Assembly: GCF_026932795.1 (NCBI RefSeq)
Contig: NZ_JADPVH010000028.1
Coordinates: 7,993-39,992, forward strand
Reading direction: 5' to 3'
Length of the DNA stretch: 32,000 nucleotides
Source: Paenarthrobacter sp. Z7-10
GTDB taxonomy: Bacteria; Actinomycetota; Actinomycetes; Actinomycetales; Micrococcaceae
Below are positions 17,028 through 26,104 of this stretch, in pieces; within the stretch, counting starts at the first letter, position 1, and the number at the start of each line of letters is the position of its first letter. The notes beneath the pieces were generated by a model, which was given only the letters and a program-made list of their open reading frames with translations, had not been told where the DNA came from and did not search any database. Made by a program: the position numbers and the translations under genes.

Positions 17028-17973
17028 GTTCGACGACGTCGGCTATGGCTATGGCGCAAAGGCGTGGGTCTTCCGCCACGTGGGTTTCCGGCTGCCGGCA
17101 GCTACCGTGACGGCCGTGCTGGGCCCCAACGGCAGCGGCAAAACCACGCTGATCCGCTGCGCAGCCGGTCTGCTGGCGCCGGCGGAGGGCACCGTAAAAA
17201 GGCTGGACAGCGTGGGATACGTCCAGCAGGCCCACGGCAACGCCTTTGCGTACCGATCGCTGGAGATGGTGCTGATGGGACGCGCCCGGCAGATACGCCT
17301 CTTCCACTCACCCGGGGAGGCCGATCGGCGGGCCGCCCATGCGGCGATGGAGCGGGTCGGAATCGCGGAACTGGCGGACCGGCTGTTTCCAACGCTCAGC
17401 GGCGGGGAGCAGCAGCTGGTCCTGATTGCCCGCGCCATCGCCACCGAGTGCCCCCTCCTGGTGCTGGATGAACCATCCACAGGATTGGATCTGAAGAACC
17501 AAGGCAGGGTGCTGACGCTGCTGCGGGATCTGGTGGCGGACGGCATGACCCTGCTGCTGAGCACGCATGATCCGGCCCATGCCCTGTACCTGGCCGATGC
17601 CGTTGTCCTGATGTACCCGGATGGCGTCCGGGTAGGCCCGGCCATAGAGCTGCTGACCGCGGCCGAACTCAGCGCCCTGTACGGAGTTGGACTGAGCATG
17701 CCCGCGTACCGGGAAGGCAGCGGAGTGCTGCGGCGGGCCGTGGCCATACAGTATGACGCGCGGTCGGAGCTGCGATCGGAAACATCGCCGGGGCCTGTGC
17801 AGGGGCCTGTGCCGGATATGACGGCGGGGGCGCGGCCGGCCGCCGAACCGCCGTCCGCCGAACCGCCGTCCGCCGAACCGCCGTCCGCCGATCCGCCGTC
17901 CGCCGATCCGCCGTCGACCGGGTCCTCCGACCCACAACCCCAAGCCTGGGCCACCCCCGCCAAACACAGCTGA
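17020..17973 (+). CDS. ABC transporter ATP-binding protein (metal-chelate importer type) with a Pro/Ser-rich C-terminal tail
   Basis: GTG 17020 overlaps the permease stop. Motifs: Walker [11 protein letters not shown], signature LSGGEQQL, Walker [13 protein letters not shown]. The tail is ...[25 protein letters not shown].... Confidence 0.9.
   Translation: MLEFDDVGYGYGAKAWVFRHVGFRLPAATVTAVLGPNGSGKTTLIRCAAGLLAPAEGTVKRLDSVGYVQQAHGNAFAYRSLEMVLMGRARQIRLFHSPGEADRRAAHAAMERVGIAELADRLFPTLSGGEQQLVLIARAIATECPLLVLDEPSTGLDLKNQGRVLTLLRDLVADGMTLLLSTHDPAHALYLADAVVLMYPDGVRVGPAIELLTAAELSALYGVGLSMPAYREGSGVLRRAVAIQYDARSELRSETSPGPVQGPVPDMTAGARPAAEPPSAEPPSAEPPSADPPSADPPSTGSSDPQPQAWATPAKHS
17842..17916 (+). repeat. 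Five in-frame tandem copies of a 15-bp unit
   Basis: gccgaaccgccgtcc at 17842, 17857 and 17872; gccgatccgccgtcc at 17887; gccgatccgccgtcg at 17902. They encode (A-E/D-P-P-S)x5. Confidence 0.95.
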
Positions 17974-18006
17974 GGCCCATGTTTATCCCCAAACATGGGC
18001 CCTCAG
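17970..18006. terminator. Hairpin between convergent genes, probably a bidirectional terminator
   Basis: ctgaggcccatgttt - atcccc - aaacatgggccctcag: a 15-bp stem with one bulged C. It overlaps the ATPase stop codon and lies 20 nt from the dctA stop. There is no clear U-tract. Confidence 0.7.
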
Positions 18007-18025
18007 CGCGGCGATGATGGTCCGG

Positions 18026-19423
18026 TTAGACTCCGACCTTCTCGCCCTGAGCCAACGGCCCAGCTACGACGGGTTCCTCCAACTCATCCTGGCTCCCGGT
18101 TGTCTCGCCGTGGGCCAGCATGGTGGACTCGTCGAACGGTTCCAGCCGGTCCAGCACGCGGTCAACACGGGCCCGGTCAATTTCCTTGACCCAGGTCCCC
18201 ATCAGGACGGTGGCAACGGCGTTGCCGGTGAAGTTGGTCAGCGCCCGTGCCTCGGACATAAACCGGTCGATGCCGACAATGAAGGACACGCCGCCCACCA
18301 GGTCCGGGCGGTGGGAGGCAAGGCCGCCCGCAAGGGTCGCCAGACCCGCGCCGCTGACCCCGGCAGCTCCCTTGGAGGCCAGGATCATGAAGACCAGCAG
18401 GCCAATCTGCGATCCGAGATCCAACGGCTTGCCGAGCGCGGAGGCCACAAAGAGCGCTGCCATGGTCAGGTAAATGGCCGTGCCGTCCAGGTTGAACGAG
18501 TACCCGGTGGGAACGGTTATGCCCACCACCGGCTTGGACACGCCGAGGTGTTCCATCTTGGCGATCAGGCGGGGCAGCGCCACCTCGGAGGATGAGGTGG
18601 AGACGATCAGCAAATATTCGCGGCCCAGGTAGCGCATCAGTTTGAAGATATTAACCCCGGTGACCAGCTTCAGCAGGCTGCCCAGAATCACCACGATGAA
18701 GATGACGCAGGTGAGGTAGAAGGCTCCCATCAGGGACAGCAGGCTCAGCACGGCCTGCCAGCCGGTCAGGCCGACGACGGCGGCGATCGCACCAAACGCT
18801 CCCACCGGAGCCAGCCACATGACCATGATCAGGATGCGGAACACCAGCGCCTGGATGTAGCTGATGCCGGTCAACACCGCCTTGCCGGTTTTGCCCATCC
18901 GCTGCAGCGCAAAGCCTGTCAGCAGCGCCACCAGCAGGGTCTGCAGGATGTTGCCGGCCGTGAGCGAGGAAACCAGGGACGTTGGAATGATGCCAAGCAC
19001 GAACTCCGTGGCCGAGGAACTCTCCGCCGGGGCCTTGTAGACCGCGTCCTTGAGGTGCAGGCCCGCACCGGGATGGATGATGTTACCCACCACCAGTCCG
19101 ATGGCCAGGGCAAAAGTGGACATCACCATGAAGTACGCCAGCGCCATCCCGCCCACCTTGCCCACCGTGGCAGCCTTGGTGATGGAACCGATGCCCAGCA
19201 CGATGGTGCAGAAAATGATGGGCGCGATCATCATTTTGATTAGACCGATGAAACCGTCGCCAAGCGGCTTCAACTGTGCGGCGAAGCCGTCCTTGCCCGG
19301 GAAGGACAACCCGACGATGACGCCAAGAATTACCGCCACAACGACGGCGATGTATAACCAATGAGACTTATCCAGCTGCTTACGGCGGACCGGTGCGGTT
19401 GACTCTCTTCGCTGAGAGGTCAT
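18026..19423 (-). CDS. dctA: C4-dicarboxylate/cation symporter (DAACS family)
   Basis: IKMMIAPIIFCTIVLGI, STSSSEVALP and GAAGVSGAG motifs; 465 aa; RBS aaggag upstream of ATG 19423. Confidence 0.92.
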   Translation of the reverse strand: MTSQRRESTAPVRRKQLDKSHWLYIAVVVAVILGVIVGLSFPGKDGFAAQLKPLGDGFIGLIKMMIAPIIFCTIVLGIGSITKAATVGKVGGMALAYFMVMSTFALAIGLVVGNIIHPGAGLHLKDAVYKAPAESSSATEFVLGIIPTSLVSSLTAGNILQTLLVALLTGFALQRMGKTGKAVLTGISYIQALVFRILIMVMWLAPVGAFGAIAAVVGLTGWQAVLSLLSLMGAFYLTCVIFIVVILGSLLKLVTGVNIFKLMRYLGREYLLIVSTSSSEVALPRLIAKMEHLGVSKPVVGITVPTGYSFNLDGTAIYLTMAALFVASALGKPLDLGSQIGLLVFMILASKGAAGVSGAGLATLAGGLASHRPDLVGGVSFIVGIDRFMSEARALTNFTGNAVATVLMGTWVKEIDRARVDRVLDRLEPFDESTMLAHGETTGSQDELEEPVVAGPLAQGEKVGV

Positions 19424-19445
19424 GGGGGGGCACTCCTTGAATGTT

Positions 19446-19537
19446 GGATGGAATTGAAACGAAGGGAATGGAGCAGGAATCGAAGACGGGTGGAATTGTG
19501 AACGGAAGGAATTGAGTACGGAGGGAATTGAACGTAC
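19446..19537 (-). promoter_or_regulatory. Array of degenerate GGnGGAATTGA-type repeats in the dctA upstream/leader region
   Basis: GGAATTGA at 19450, 19508 and 19524; GGAATTGT at 19492; weaker GGAATGGA at 19465 and GGAATCGA at 19476. The last three strong copies are spaced 16 bp apart. The plus strand is locally low in GC and purine-rich. Confidence 0.55.
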
Positions 19538-19708
19538 GGCTTGGTGGTCAAGTGGCTAGGCTGGAAAGAGCGGAACTCTCTTGGGCACTTGAACCAGCAT
19601 GGCGCCAACTGTGACTATGCTCACCCTTGCGGTCATATTGTTCACAGCCAGGAGAGCCGGCGCCCGCTGTCCCTCTTTTATCCCGATTGTTCACGAAAGG
19701 AGCCGGAG

Positions 19709-21469
19709 ATGATTTTCCAGAACTGGAGTATTGCCCGCCGGCTTTTCGTTGGACAGTTGGTGTTCCTGCTGGCCTTGACGGCGGTCGTGGGAACGGCGGC
19801 CGTGCTCGACTCCCGCGACAGGCTATACGGCCAGGCGGAGGAACGGATGGCCGCAATTGCAACCACCATTGCGGACAGTCCGCTGGTCCTGCAGGCCGCC
19901 GGATCGTCCGATCCGAGTGCCCTGCTGCAGCCCTACGCCCGAGCGGTGATGGCCGGTGCCCGGGTGGACTTCATCACCATTATGGCGACGGACCGGACCC
20001 GGTGGACGCACCCAACACCATCGGAGATCGGCAAAAAATACATCGGCTCCATCGACCAGGCACTTGCCGGTCGGACGTACACCGAAATTACCGCCGGCAC
20101 GCTGGGTCCGTCCGTACGTGCGATAGTTCCCGTGCGGGACGCCGCCGGCAAGGTCCAGGCCCTCGTTGCGGTGGGCATGGCCGTAACAAATCTCCAAGTG
20201 GCTCTCAATGGCAGGCTGCCGGCCATTCTCGAGCTGGCCCTCGCACTGCTGTTGGGTGGTTCGCTGGCTTCGTGGCTGCTGGGCAGGTATTTGGCCCGGG
20301 TAACTCTGGGGTGGGGACCGGAACGCTTGGGCCAGCTGTTTGTCTATTACGAATCTGTGCTGCACTCGGTCCGCGACGGGCTGGTCCTGGTGGACCGCAA
20401 TGGGGAGCTGGTGATGTACAACGACCAGGCTGCCGAGCTGCTCGGAATAGCCGCACCCGTGGAAAACCAGTCTTCCCCCCGGCTGGAAGCGCTGAATCTA
20501 CCCGACAGCCTGGATGCGCTGCTGCGCAGCGGCCGCACCGCCCGGGATGAAATTCACCTGACCGACACGCGGCTGCTGGTGGTCAGCCAGGAACCGGCGC
20601 GCTCCCCCGAAGCCATGCCCGCGGGCTCCCGTGCCGCCTTCAGCCCGGCGGACGAGGCGTCCACACCGCCGGAGGGGAAGTTCCGCAAGGCCCGCCGGCC
20701 CAGGATCGGCACGGTGACTATGCTGCAGGATCACACCGCGCTGATGGAACTGGCTGACGAGCTGCGCTCGACCAGAACCCTGACGGACGCGCTTAGGGCC
20801 CAAACACACGAACATGCCAACCGGATCCATACACTGGTGTCGCTGCTGGAGCTGGGCCGCACCGCCCAGGCCCTGGAATTTGCAACGGCGGATCTGCAGC
20901 TGAGCCAACAATTGGCCGACGAGGTGGTGAGCTCGGTCGATGAGCCTGTGGTTGGCGCACTGCTGATGGGCAAAATGTCGCAGGCCAGCGAACGCGGAAT
21001 TGAGCTGCGGGTCAACACGGAAGCGGTTCCCTCACCGGCGGTGCTGAGCGCCCATGACGCCGTAACCATCCTGGGAAACCTGATTGACAACGCAATGGAC
21101 GCCGCAGCCGAAGGCCAGGAGCCGCGGTGGGTGGAGGTAGCCATCCGCAGCACGGCGGATTCGCTGGTCCTGGAGGTTTCCGACAGCGGCTCCGGTATTG
21201 ACCTTGACGAGGCGCAGAAAGTACTCGCACACGGTTACAGCACGAAGAAAGGCGAACGCCACGGGCGCGGAATCGGCCTGGCTTTGGTCAGGCAGTCCGT
21301 TCAGAGGCTTGGCGGAGAACTGCGGATCAGCCAGCGGCAGGGCGCGGTTTTCACCATCACCCTTCCGCGGGAGCGTGCCGCCAGCCCGACCGGCAGCGGC
21401 ACCCCTAACGGCGACCCTGCCGGCGGCCCGGCCGAAAAGAAGACTCTGGATGGGAGCCGAAGATGGTGA
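19709..21469 (+). CDS. DcuS/CitA-family sensor histidine kinase
   Basis: ATG 19709 follows aaggag (19694-19699). Two TM segments flank an extracytoplasmic domain. H-box QTHEHANRIHTLVSLLELG, N-box LGNLIDNAMDA, G-box GRGIGLALV. Confidence 0.88.
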   Translation: MIFQNWSIARRLFVGQLVFLLALTAVVGTAAVLDSRDRLYGQAEERMAAIATTIADSPLVLQAAGSSDPSALLQPYARAVMAGARVDFITIMATDRTRWTHPTPSEIGKKYIGSIDQALAGRTYTEITAGTLGPSVRAIVPVRDAAGKVQALVAVGMAVTNLQVALNGRLPAILELALALLLGGSLASWLLGRYLARVTLGWGPERLGQLFVYYESVLHSVRDGLVLVDRNGELVMYNDQAAELLGIAAPVENQSSPRLEALNLPDSLDALLRSGRTARDEIHLTDTRLLVVSQEPARSPEAMPAGSRAAFSPADEASTPPEGKFRKARRPRIGTVTMLQDHTALMELADELRSTRTLTDALRAQTHEHANRIHTLVSLLELGRTAQALEFATADLQLSQQLADEVVSSVDEPVVGALLMGKMSQASERGIELRVNTEAVPSPAVLSAHDAVTILGNLIDNAMDAAAEGQEPRWVEVAIRSTADSLVLEVSDSGSGIDLDEAQKVLAHGYSTKKGERHGRGIGLALVRQSVQRLGGELRISQRQGAVFTITLPRERAASPTGSGTPNGDPAGGPAEKKTLDGSRRW

Positions 21470-22200
21470 GGGATGCTGCGAAGAGTCCTTCACCGCAGCC
21501 CGCCGACCACCCCATCCGGGTGCTCGTGGTCGATGATGAACCGATCTCCGCCGATGCCCACGCGGTCTACGTGCAGCGGTTGGAAGGCTTCGCTCTTGCG
21601 GGCGTGGCGCACGATGGACAAGGCGCGCTGCGCAGCCTGCAGGATGCGGCTGCTGCCGGGACACCTGTTGATCTGATCCTGCTCGACATGAACCTCCCGG
21701 ATCTCCATGGCCTGGACGTCAGCCGGCGCATTCGTTCCGCCGGGAACGCGGTGGACATTATTGCCATCACGGCGGTCCGGGAACTGACGATAGTGCGCGG
21801 AGCCATTTCCGCGGGGATCGTCCAATACCTGATCAAACCCTTTACGTACGCCACCTTCGCGGAGAAACTGGCCAATTATCGGGCGTTCCGGCGCCAATTG
21901 GAGACACAGTCCGCGTCCGCTTCACAAACCGGTGTCGATCAGGCTTTCGCCAGTCTCCGCAGCCCCGTGGACGTGCCCTTGCCCAAGGGGCTCTCGGACG
22001 GAACGCTGGCCGCCGTCGTCGTGCTGCTCAAATCCCGCCAAGGACCCGTCTCCGCGGCCGAGGTGATGGAGCAGTTGGGCATGTCCCGGGTGACGGCACG
22101 GCGTTATCTGGAGTATTTGGCCGAGCAAGGGTCGGTTCGCCGTGATGCCCGCTACGGGACCCCCGGGCGGCCGGAAAATGAATATCGCTGGCTTCGTTAG
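21463..22200 (+). CDS. DcuR/CitB-family response regulator
   Basis: Receiver motifs IRVLVVDDEP, DLILLDMNLPD and YLIKPF; C-terminal HTH SRVTARRYLEYL. The start overlaps the kinase stop. Confidence 0.9.
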   Translation: MVRDAAKSPSPQPADHPIRVLVVDDEPISADAHAVYVQRLEGFALAGVAHDGQGALRSLQDAAAAGTPVDLILLDMNLPDLHGLDVSRRIRSAGNAVDIIAITAVRELTIVRGAISAGIVQYLIKPFTYATFAEKLANYRAFRRQLETQSASASQTGVDQAFASLRSPVDVPLPKGLSDGTLAAVVVLLKSRQGPVSAAEVMEQLGMSRVTARRYLEYLAEQGSVRRDARYGTPGRPENEYRWLR

Positions 22201-23612
22201 CCCGGTCGGGCGGTTGATGAAGCCACGTCCGTGGAAGGCACGACGTTCAGCGAGGTCATCATTCGTTTCAGGAACAGGTACTCCTCGGAGTGCATGAAGA
22301 CGCGCGCCCCATCGAGGGAATCAAAAACGTGGACGGCTCCGTTGTGCCGGCCGGACCCGACGCTGTCCGGATATTTTTCGCTCTGCTCCGCGAACGAAAC
22401 CGTCACCGGGACGGCACCAACGGGCCGCACCGCGACATTGGGATGTGTGCAGGGATCGGGCACATCGATTTCACCGCTGATGGCAATGGACGAGATGGTC
22501 ACCGGCCCAGCGGCCAGCCCGCTCACGCGGTAGACAAACTGCACCGCGCTGTTCCCCCCTGCGCCAACGCCGGGAACGGGGGCGCGGTCCAAGGTCGAGA
22601 CCATTTTGGAGCCGACACAGGGAGGTCCGATCGGAAAGCCAGCCACCGCGTAGCTCAGTGCGGCCACGATGGCGCCGTGCCCATTGAAGACCAGGGCGGA
22701 AAAGTTCGGTTCCGGTCCCAGCGCGCTGCCGACTGTATCAATCAGCCAGCCGGGCGGCAGGTCAAAAGAGAGGGCCTTACCGGCGGAGCCGAACACGGTC
22801 CAGCCCTTGAAGGGCCCGACGACCGTGTGTGCTGCGGTGCCGGGACCCGCCGTGTCCGAGGGTAGCCCAAAGGCCGTTACGGCACCGCCCTCGCCAACCG
22901 GACCAGCCGGTTTCAGCAGAAAAAGCCCCGTGGCTATCAGCACCACGATCACGGCCACGCTCACGGCGGCGGCCGTGGCCGGAAGCCGCCGTTTCCGCGG
23001 CTCCCGCAACGGCACTTGGGCCACTGCGTGCAGATTATCGCCGCCGGCATCGCTGCCCCGGACTCGATCCAGGATTTCCGCGGCCAGCAGGTCATCGTGC
23101 AAGATGCCGCACGCCGGATCCAGGGCCGCGAACTCCTCGGTCACGACGACGGTGCTCCAGCTCCGGGCGCCCTTCCGTTCCGGCTCCAGCACTTCCGCCG
23201 CGGCCGCGAGCGCAGCAAGCGCGCCCCGCCGGTCCCGCCGCACCGTCCGTTCGCTTTCCTCCAGGACGGCTGCGGTCCAATTCGGCGCCAAGGCGTCCCA
23301 ACAGCTCAAGATGAGGTGCTCCCGGTGTCGCTGCGCCAGCCCCGACCAGGCCATCGAGAGCACGGAGTCGTTGTCCGGGTCCAGCGGTGAGGCGGTGCCC
23401 GATACGGCGCGCCATATTCCTTCGGCTTGAAACAGGAGCCAGGGCAGGGCCGCGGTGTCCGCCGTCGCCTGCCGTTGCCAGGCGAGCTCATAAACGCGCT
23501 GCGCCGCGGCCACGGCCTCGGCCTCGATAAGCCGGCGGCGGAAGAATGCCAGCACGCGGGGAAAATTGTCCGTTTGAGCGGCCGTGAAGTCGAAATCCAC
23601 TTCCCTGAGCAT
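22197..23612 (-). CDS. ECF-sigma-like domain / single TM / extracytoplasmic domain protein (paralog A)
   Basis: ATG 23612 gives MLREVDFDF..., which aligns with the paralog start MLAELENDF. It has a sigma-4-like LAQRHREHLILSCWDAL...ERTVRRDRRGAL, then EPRKRRLPATAAAVSVAVIVVLIATGLFLL (TM), then an ectodomain with 2 Cys and the motif FLKRMMTSL near the C-terminus. Confidence 0.7.
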   Translation of the reverse strand: MLREVDFDFTAAQTDNFPRVLAFFRRRLIEAEAVAAAQRVYELAWQRQATADTAALPWLLFQAEGIWRAVSGTASPLDPDNDSVLSMAWSGLAQRHREHLILSCWDALAPNWTAAVLEESERTVRRDRRGALAALAAAAEVLEPERKGARSWSTVVVTEEFAALDPACGILHDDLLAAEILDRVRGSDAGGDNLHAVAQVPLREPRKRRLPATAAAVSVAVIVVLIATGLFLLKPAGPVGEGGAVTAFGLPSDTAGPGTAAHTVVGPFKGWTVFGSAGKALSFDLPPGWLIDTVGSALGPEPNFSALVFNGHGAIVAALSYAVAGFPIGPPCVGSKMVSTLDRAPVPGVGAGGNSAVQFVYRVSGLAAGPVTISSIAISGEIDVPDPCTHPNVAVRPVGAVPVTVSFAEQSEKYPDSVGSGRHNGAVHVFDSLDGARVFMHSEEYLFLKRMMTSLNVVPSTDVASSTARPG

Positions 23613-23751
23613 CGGCACCCCTCAGTCGGGCCGTTCCGGTCCTTTGACTTCAGCATAGCAATGGGGGCCAGCGGCAACGCTGTGTTTTTCCTGTTCCCCC
23701 GGTTAGGAGCGGCTGCACCAGGCCGAATCGAGAGCGCGTCGGTGCCGAGCT

Positions 23752-23773
23752 GACTGTATACATGGATACAGTC
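23752..23773. promoter_or_regulatory. Candidate GntR operator 1: inverted repeat containing TGTATACA
   Basis: gactgtat-acatgg-atacagtc has perfect 8-bp arms. The embedded 8-bp palindrome TGTATACA is at 23755-23762. It lies about 100 bp upstream of the GntR gene. Confidence 0.55.
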
Positions 23774-23807
23774 GATTCCCGGATCTCCCGCATCCGTTTC
23801 TGCTGAA

Positions 23808-23838
23808 GGAGTCTTAGTTGTATACACTGGAAGTCTCC
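23808..23838. promoter_or_regulatory. Candidate GntR operator 2: second TGTATACA inside a longer imperfect inverted repeat
   Basis: ggagtctt-agttgtatacactgg-aagtctcc. TGTATACA is at 23819-23826, 64 bp from the first copy and about 40 bp upstream of ATG 23866. Confidence 0.5.
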
Positions 23839-23865
23839 AGCTGATCGAGCCCGGAAGGAGAAAGC

Positions 23866-24558
23866 ATGCGGGCCAGCGACCGCGCTTACGCGACCCTGCG
23901 CAACGACATTGTGCAATGGCGGCTGCCGCCCGGCTCCGTCCTGGCGGAAGTGGACCAGGCGCTGCGGCTGGGCGTTTCGCGCACGCCCCTTCGGGAAGCG
24001 CTGGCACGGCTGGCCGCCGACGGATTGGCGGCACCGCACTCCGGACGTTCCATGGTGGTGACGGATATTTCGCTGGACCATGTATCGGAGCTTTTTGAGC
24101 TCCGCGGCGCGTTGGAGTGCCGAGCCGCGGAACTTGCCGCTGAACGAGGAGACCGGCACGTCTTCGCCACGCTGGCACAGGAATTTTCCGCGGCTGCCAC
24201 GGCCTTGGAAGGACCCGCAGCGGCACCCGGTAGTGCCGCCGTGGCTGCCGGGCCGGAAGGTTCCGGGGATCCGGAGGATCCGGGCCGGAGCGAGTACTAC
24301 GCGCTGGTCGACCGGCTGGATTCAGCCATTGACGCAGCGGCCGGAAATGCCTACCTGGCACAGGCACTGCGCAATCTTCGGGTCCACTTGGTCCGGGTCC
24401 GCCGCCTGTCCCGCGATAACCCTCCCCGCCTCATCGAAGCGGCCCGCGAACATGCCACCATCGCCGAGGCCATCGCAGCCGGACAGCGCTCCCTCGCGGC
24501 CGCAGCCACCACCGTCCATCTATCCAAAAGCCTGAAACATCTACTCTGCACGCACTGA
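23866..24558 (+). CDS. GntR-family (FadR/FCD-type) transcriptional regulator, probably the prp regulator
   Basis: Winged-HTH segment [29 protein letters not shown]; RBS ggaaggag; immediately upstream of prpD. Confidence 0.9.
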   Translation: MRASDRAYATLRNDIVQWRLPPGSVLAEVDQALRLGVSRTPLREALARLAADGLAAPHSGRSMVVTDISLDHVSELFELRGALECRAAELAAERGDRHVFATLAQEFSAAATALEGPAAAPGSAAVAAGPEGSGDPEDPGRSEYYALVDRLDSAIDAAAGNAYLAQALRNLRVHLVRVRRLSRDNPPRLIEAAREHATIAEAIAAGQRSLAAAATTVHLSKSLKHLLCTH

Positions 24559-24568
24559 AAGGAATCCC

Positions 24569-26104
24569 ATGGTTGTCCAACACCACGTCCGTGTCCATAA
24601 GAGCGGGGAAAACCTGGCCCGCACCGATCAGCTGGCCTACAAAATTGCCCGGGTTGCGACCGATCCGGTGGCGGTGCTGCCGGAGATCACCGAGATGGTG
24701 ATCAACCGCATCATCGACAATGCCTCCGTAGCCATCGCCTCACTGAACCGGGCACCGATCACCGCGGCGCGGGCCCAGGCCCTCGCACATGCTCCCAGTT
24801 CCGGCGGCCGAGGCGCCGGAATCTTCGGCATCTCAGAGCGGGTTTCCCCCGAATGGGCAGCCTGGGCCAATGGTGTGGCGGTCCGCGAACTGGACTACCA
24901 CGACACCTTCCTGGCAGCCGAGTATTCGCACCCAGGAGATAACATTCCACCCATCCTGGCCGTCGGCCAGCACGTTGGCAGCACCGGCGCCGACCTGATC
25001 CGCGGCATCGCCACGGGCTACGAGATCCAGGTGGACCTGGTGAAAGCCATCTCACTGCACAAGCACAAGATCGATCATGTGGCCCACCTGGGCCCGTCTG
25101 CCGCCGCAGGGATCGGCACCCTGCTGGGCTTGGATGCGGACACCATCTTCCAGGCCGTTGGCCAGGCTCTGCATACGACGACGGCGACGCGGCAGTCACG
25201 CAAGGGCGAAATCTCCACTTGGAAGGCCCATGCACCGGCCTTTGCCGGGAAAATGGCGGTGGAAGCGGTGGATCGGGCAATGCGCGGCCAGACCTCTCCA
25301 ACGCCGATTTATGAGGGCGAGGACGGCGTCATTGCCTGGCTGCTGGACGGACCCGACGCTTCCTACCAAGTGCCGCTGCCGGCCGAGGGTGAAGCGAAGC
25401 GCGCCATCCTGGATACCTACACCAAGGAACACTCCGCCGAATACCAGGCGCAGGCGTGGATCGACCTGGCCCGTAAGCTGCACCGCGAACATCCCGAACT
25501 GGCGGACTCTGCCAAGGTGGCGGGCATCGTCATTTCCACCAGTCACCACACGCACTTCGTGATCGGCTCCGGGGCCAACGATCCGCAGAAGTACGACCCC
25601 ACCGCCTCGCGCGAGACGCTGGACCACTCCATCCCGTACATCTTCACTGTGGCTCTGCAGGACGGCGCCTGGCACCATGTCGCCTCCTACGCCCCGGAGC
25701 GCGCCGCGCGGCCGGACACCGTTGACCTGTGGCACAAGGTGAGCACGCAGGAGGACCCGGAATGGACCCGGCGCTATCATTCGCTGGATCCCCAGGAGAA
25801 GGCGTTTGGTGGCAGTGTGGAAATCACGCTGACGGACGGGAGCATCATCACCGACGAGATCGCCGTGGCGGACGCCCATCCGCTCGGCGCCCACCCGTTT
25901 GCCCGCGCGCAATACATCAACAAGCTGCGAACCCTGGCGACGGGCGAGGGCGGGAAGCCGCTGGTCGAGGAGGCCGAAATCAATCGATTCCTGGCCCTGG
26001 TGCAGCGCCTGCCGGAACTGGGTCCGGGGGAACTGGACGGGCTGAATATTTCCGCTGCCGCCGGAGTTCTCAACCTTTCTGACGCACCGAAGGGACTGTT
26101 CTGA
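24569..26104 (+). CDS. prpD: 2-methylcitrate dehydratase (MmgE/PrpD family)
   Basis: 511 aa with [20 protein letters not shown] and other PrpD-family segments; operon context with prpB and prpC. Confidence 0.92.
   Translation: MVVQHHVRVHKSGENLARTDQLAYKIARVATDPVAVLPEITEMVINRIIDNASVAIASLNRAPITAARAQALAHAPSSGGRGAGIFGISERVSPEWAAWANGVAVRELDYHDTFLAAEYSHPGDNIPPILAVGQHVGSTGADLIRGIATGYEIQVDLVKAISLHKHKIDHVAHLGPSAAAGIGTLLGLDADTIFQAVGQALHTTTATRQSRKGEISTWKAHAPAFAGKMAVEAVDRAMRGQTSPTPIYEGEDGVIAWLLDGPDASYQVPLPAEGEAKRAILDTYTKEHSAEYQAQAWIDLARKLHREHPELADSAKVAGIVISTSHHTHFVIGSGANDPQKYDPTASRETLDHSIPYIFTVALQDGAWHHVASYAPERAARPDTVDLWHKVSTQEDPEWTRRYHSLDPQEKAFGGSVEITLTDGSIITDEIAVADAHPLGAHPFARAQYINKLRTLATGEGGKPLVEEAEINRFLALVQRLPELGPGELDGLNISAAAGVLNLSDAPKGLF

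Noticed and set aside
15215-17996. Long minus-strand ORFs (15215..16516, 15744..17000, 17049..17996, 17308..17967) opposite the ABC importer genes
   Set aside because: The plus-strand frames have lipobox, FecCD and Walker motifs. The antisense products are His/Arg/Gly/Gln-rich artefacts.
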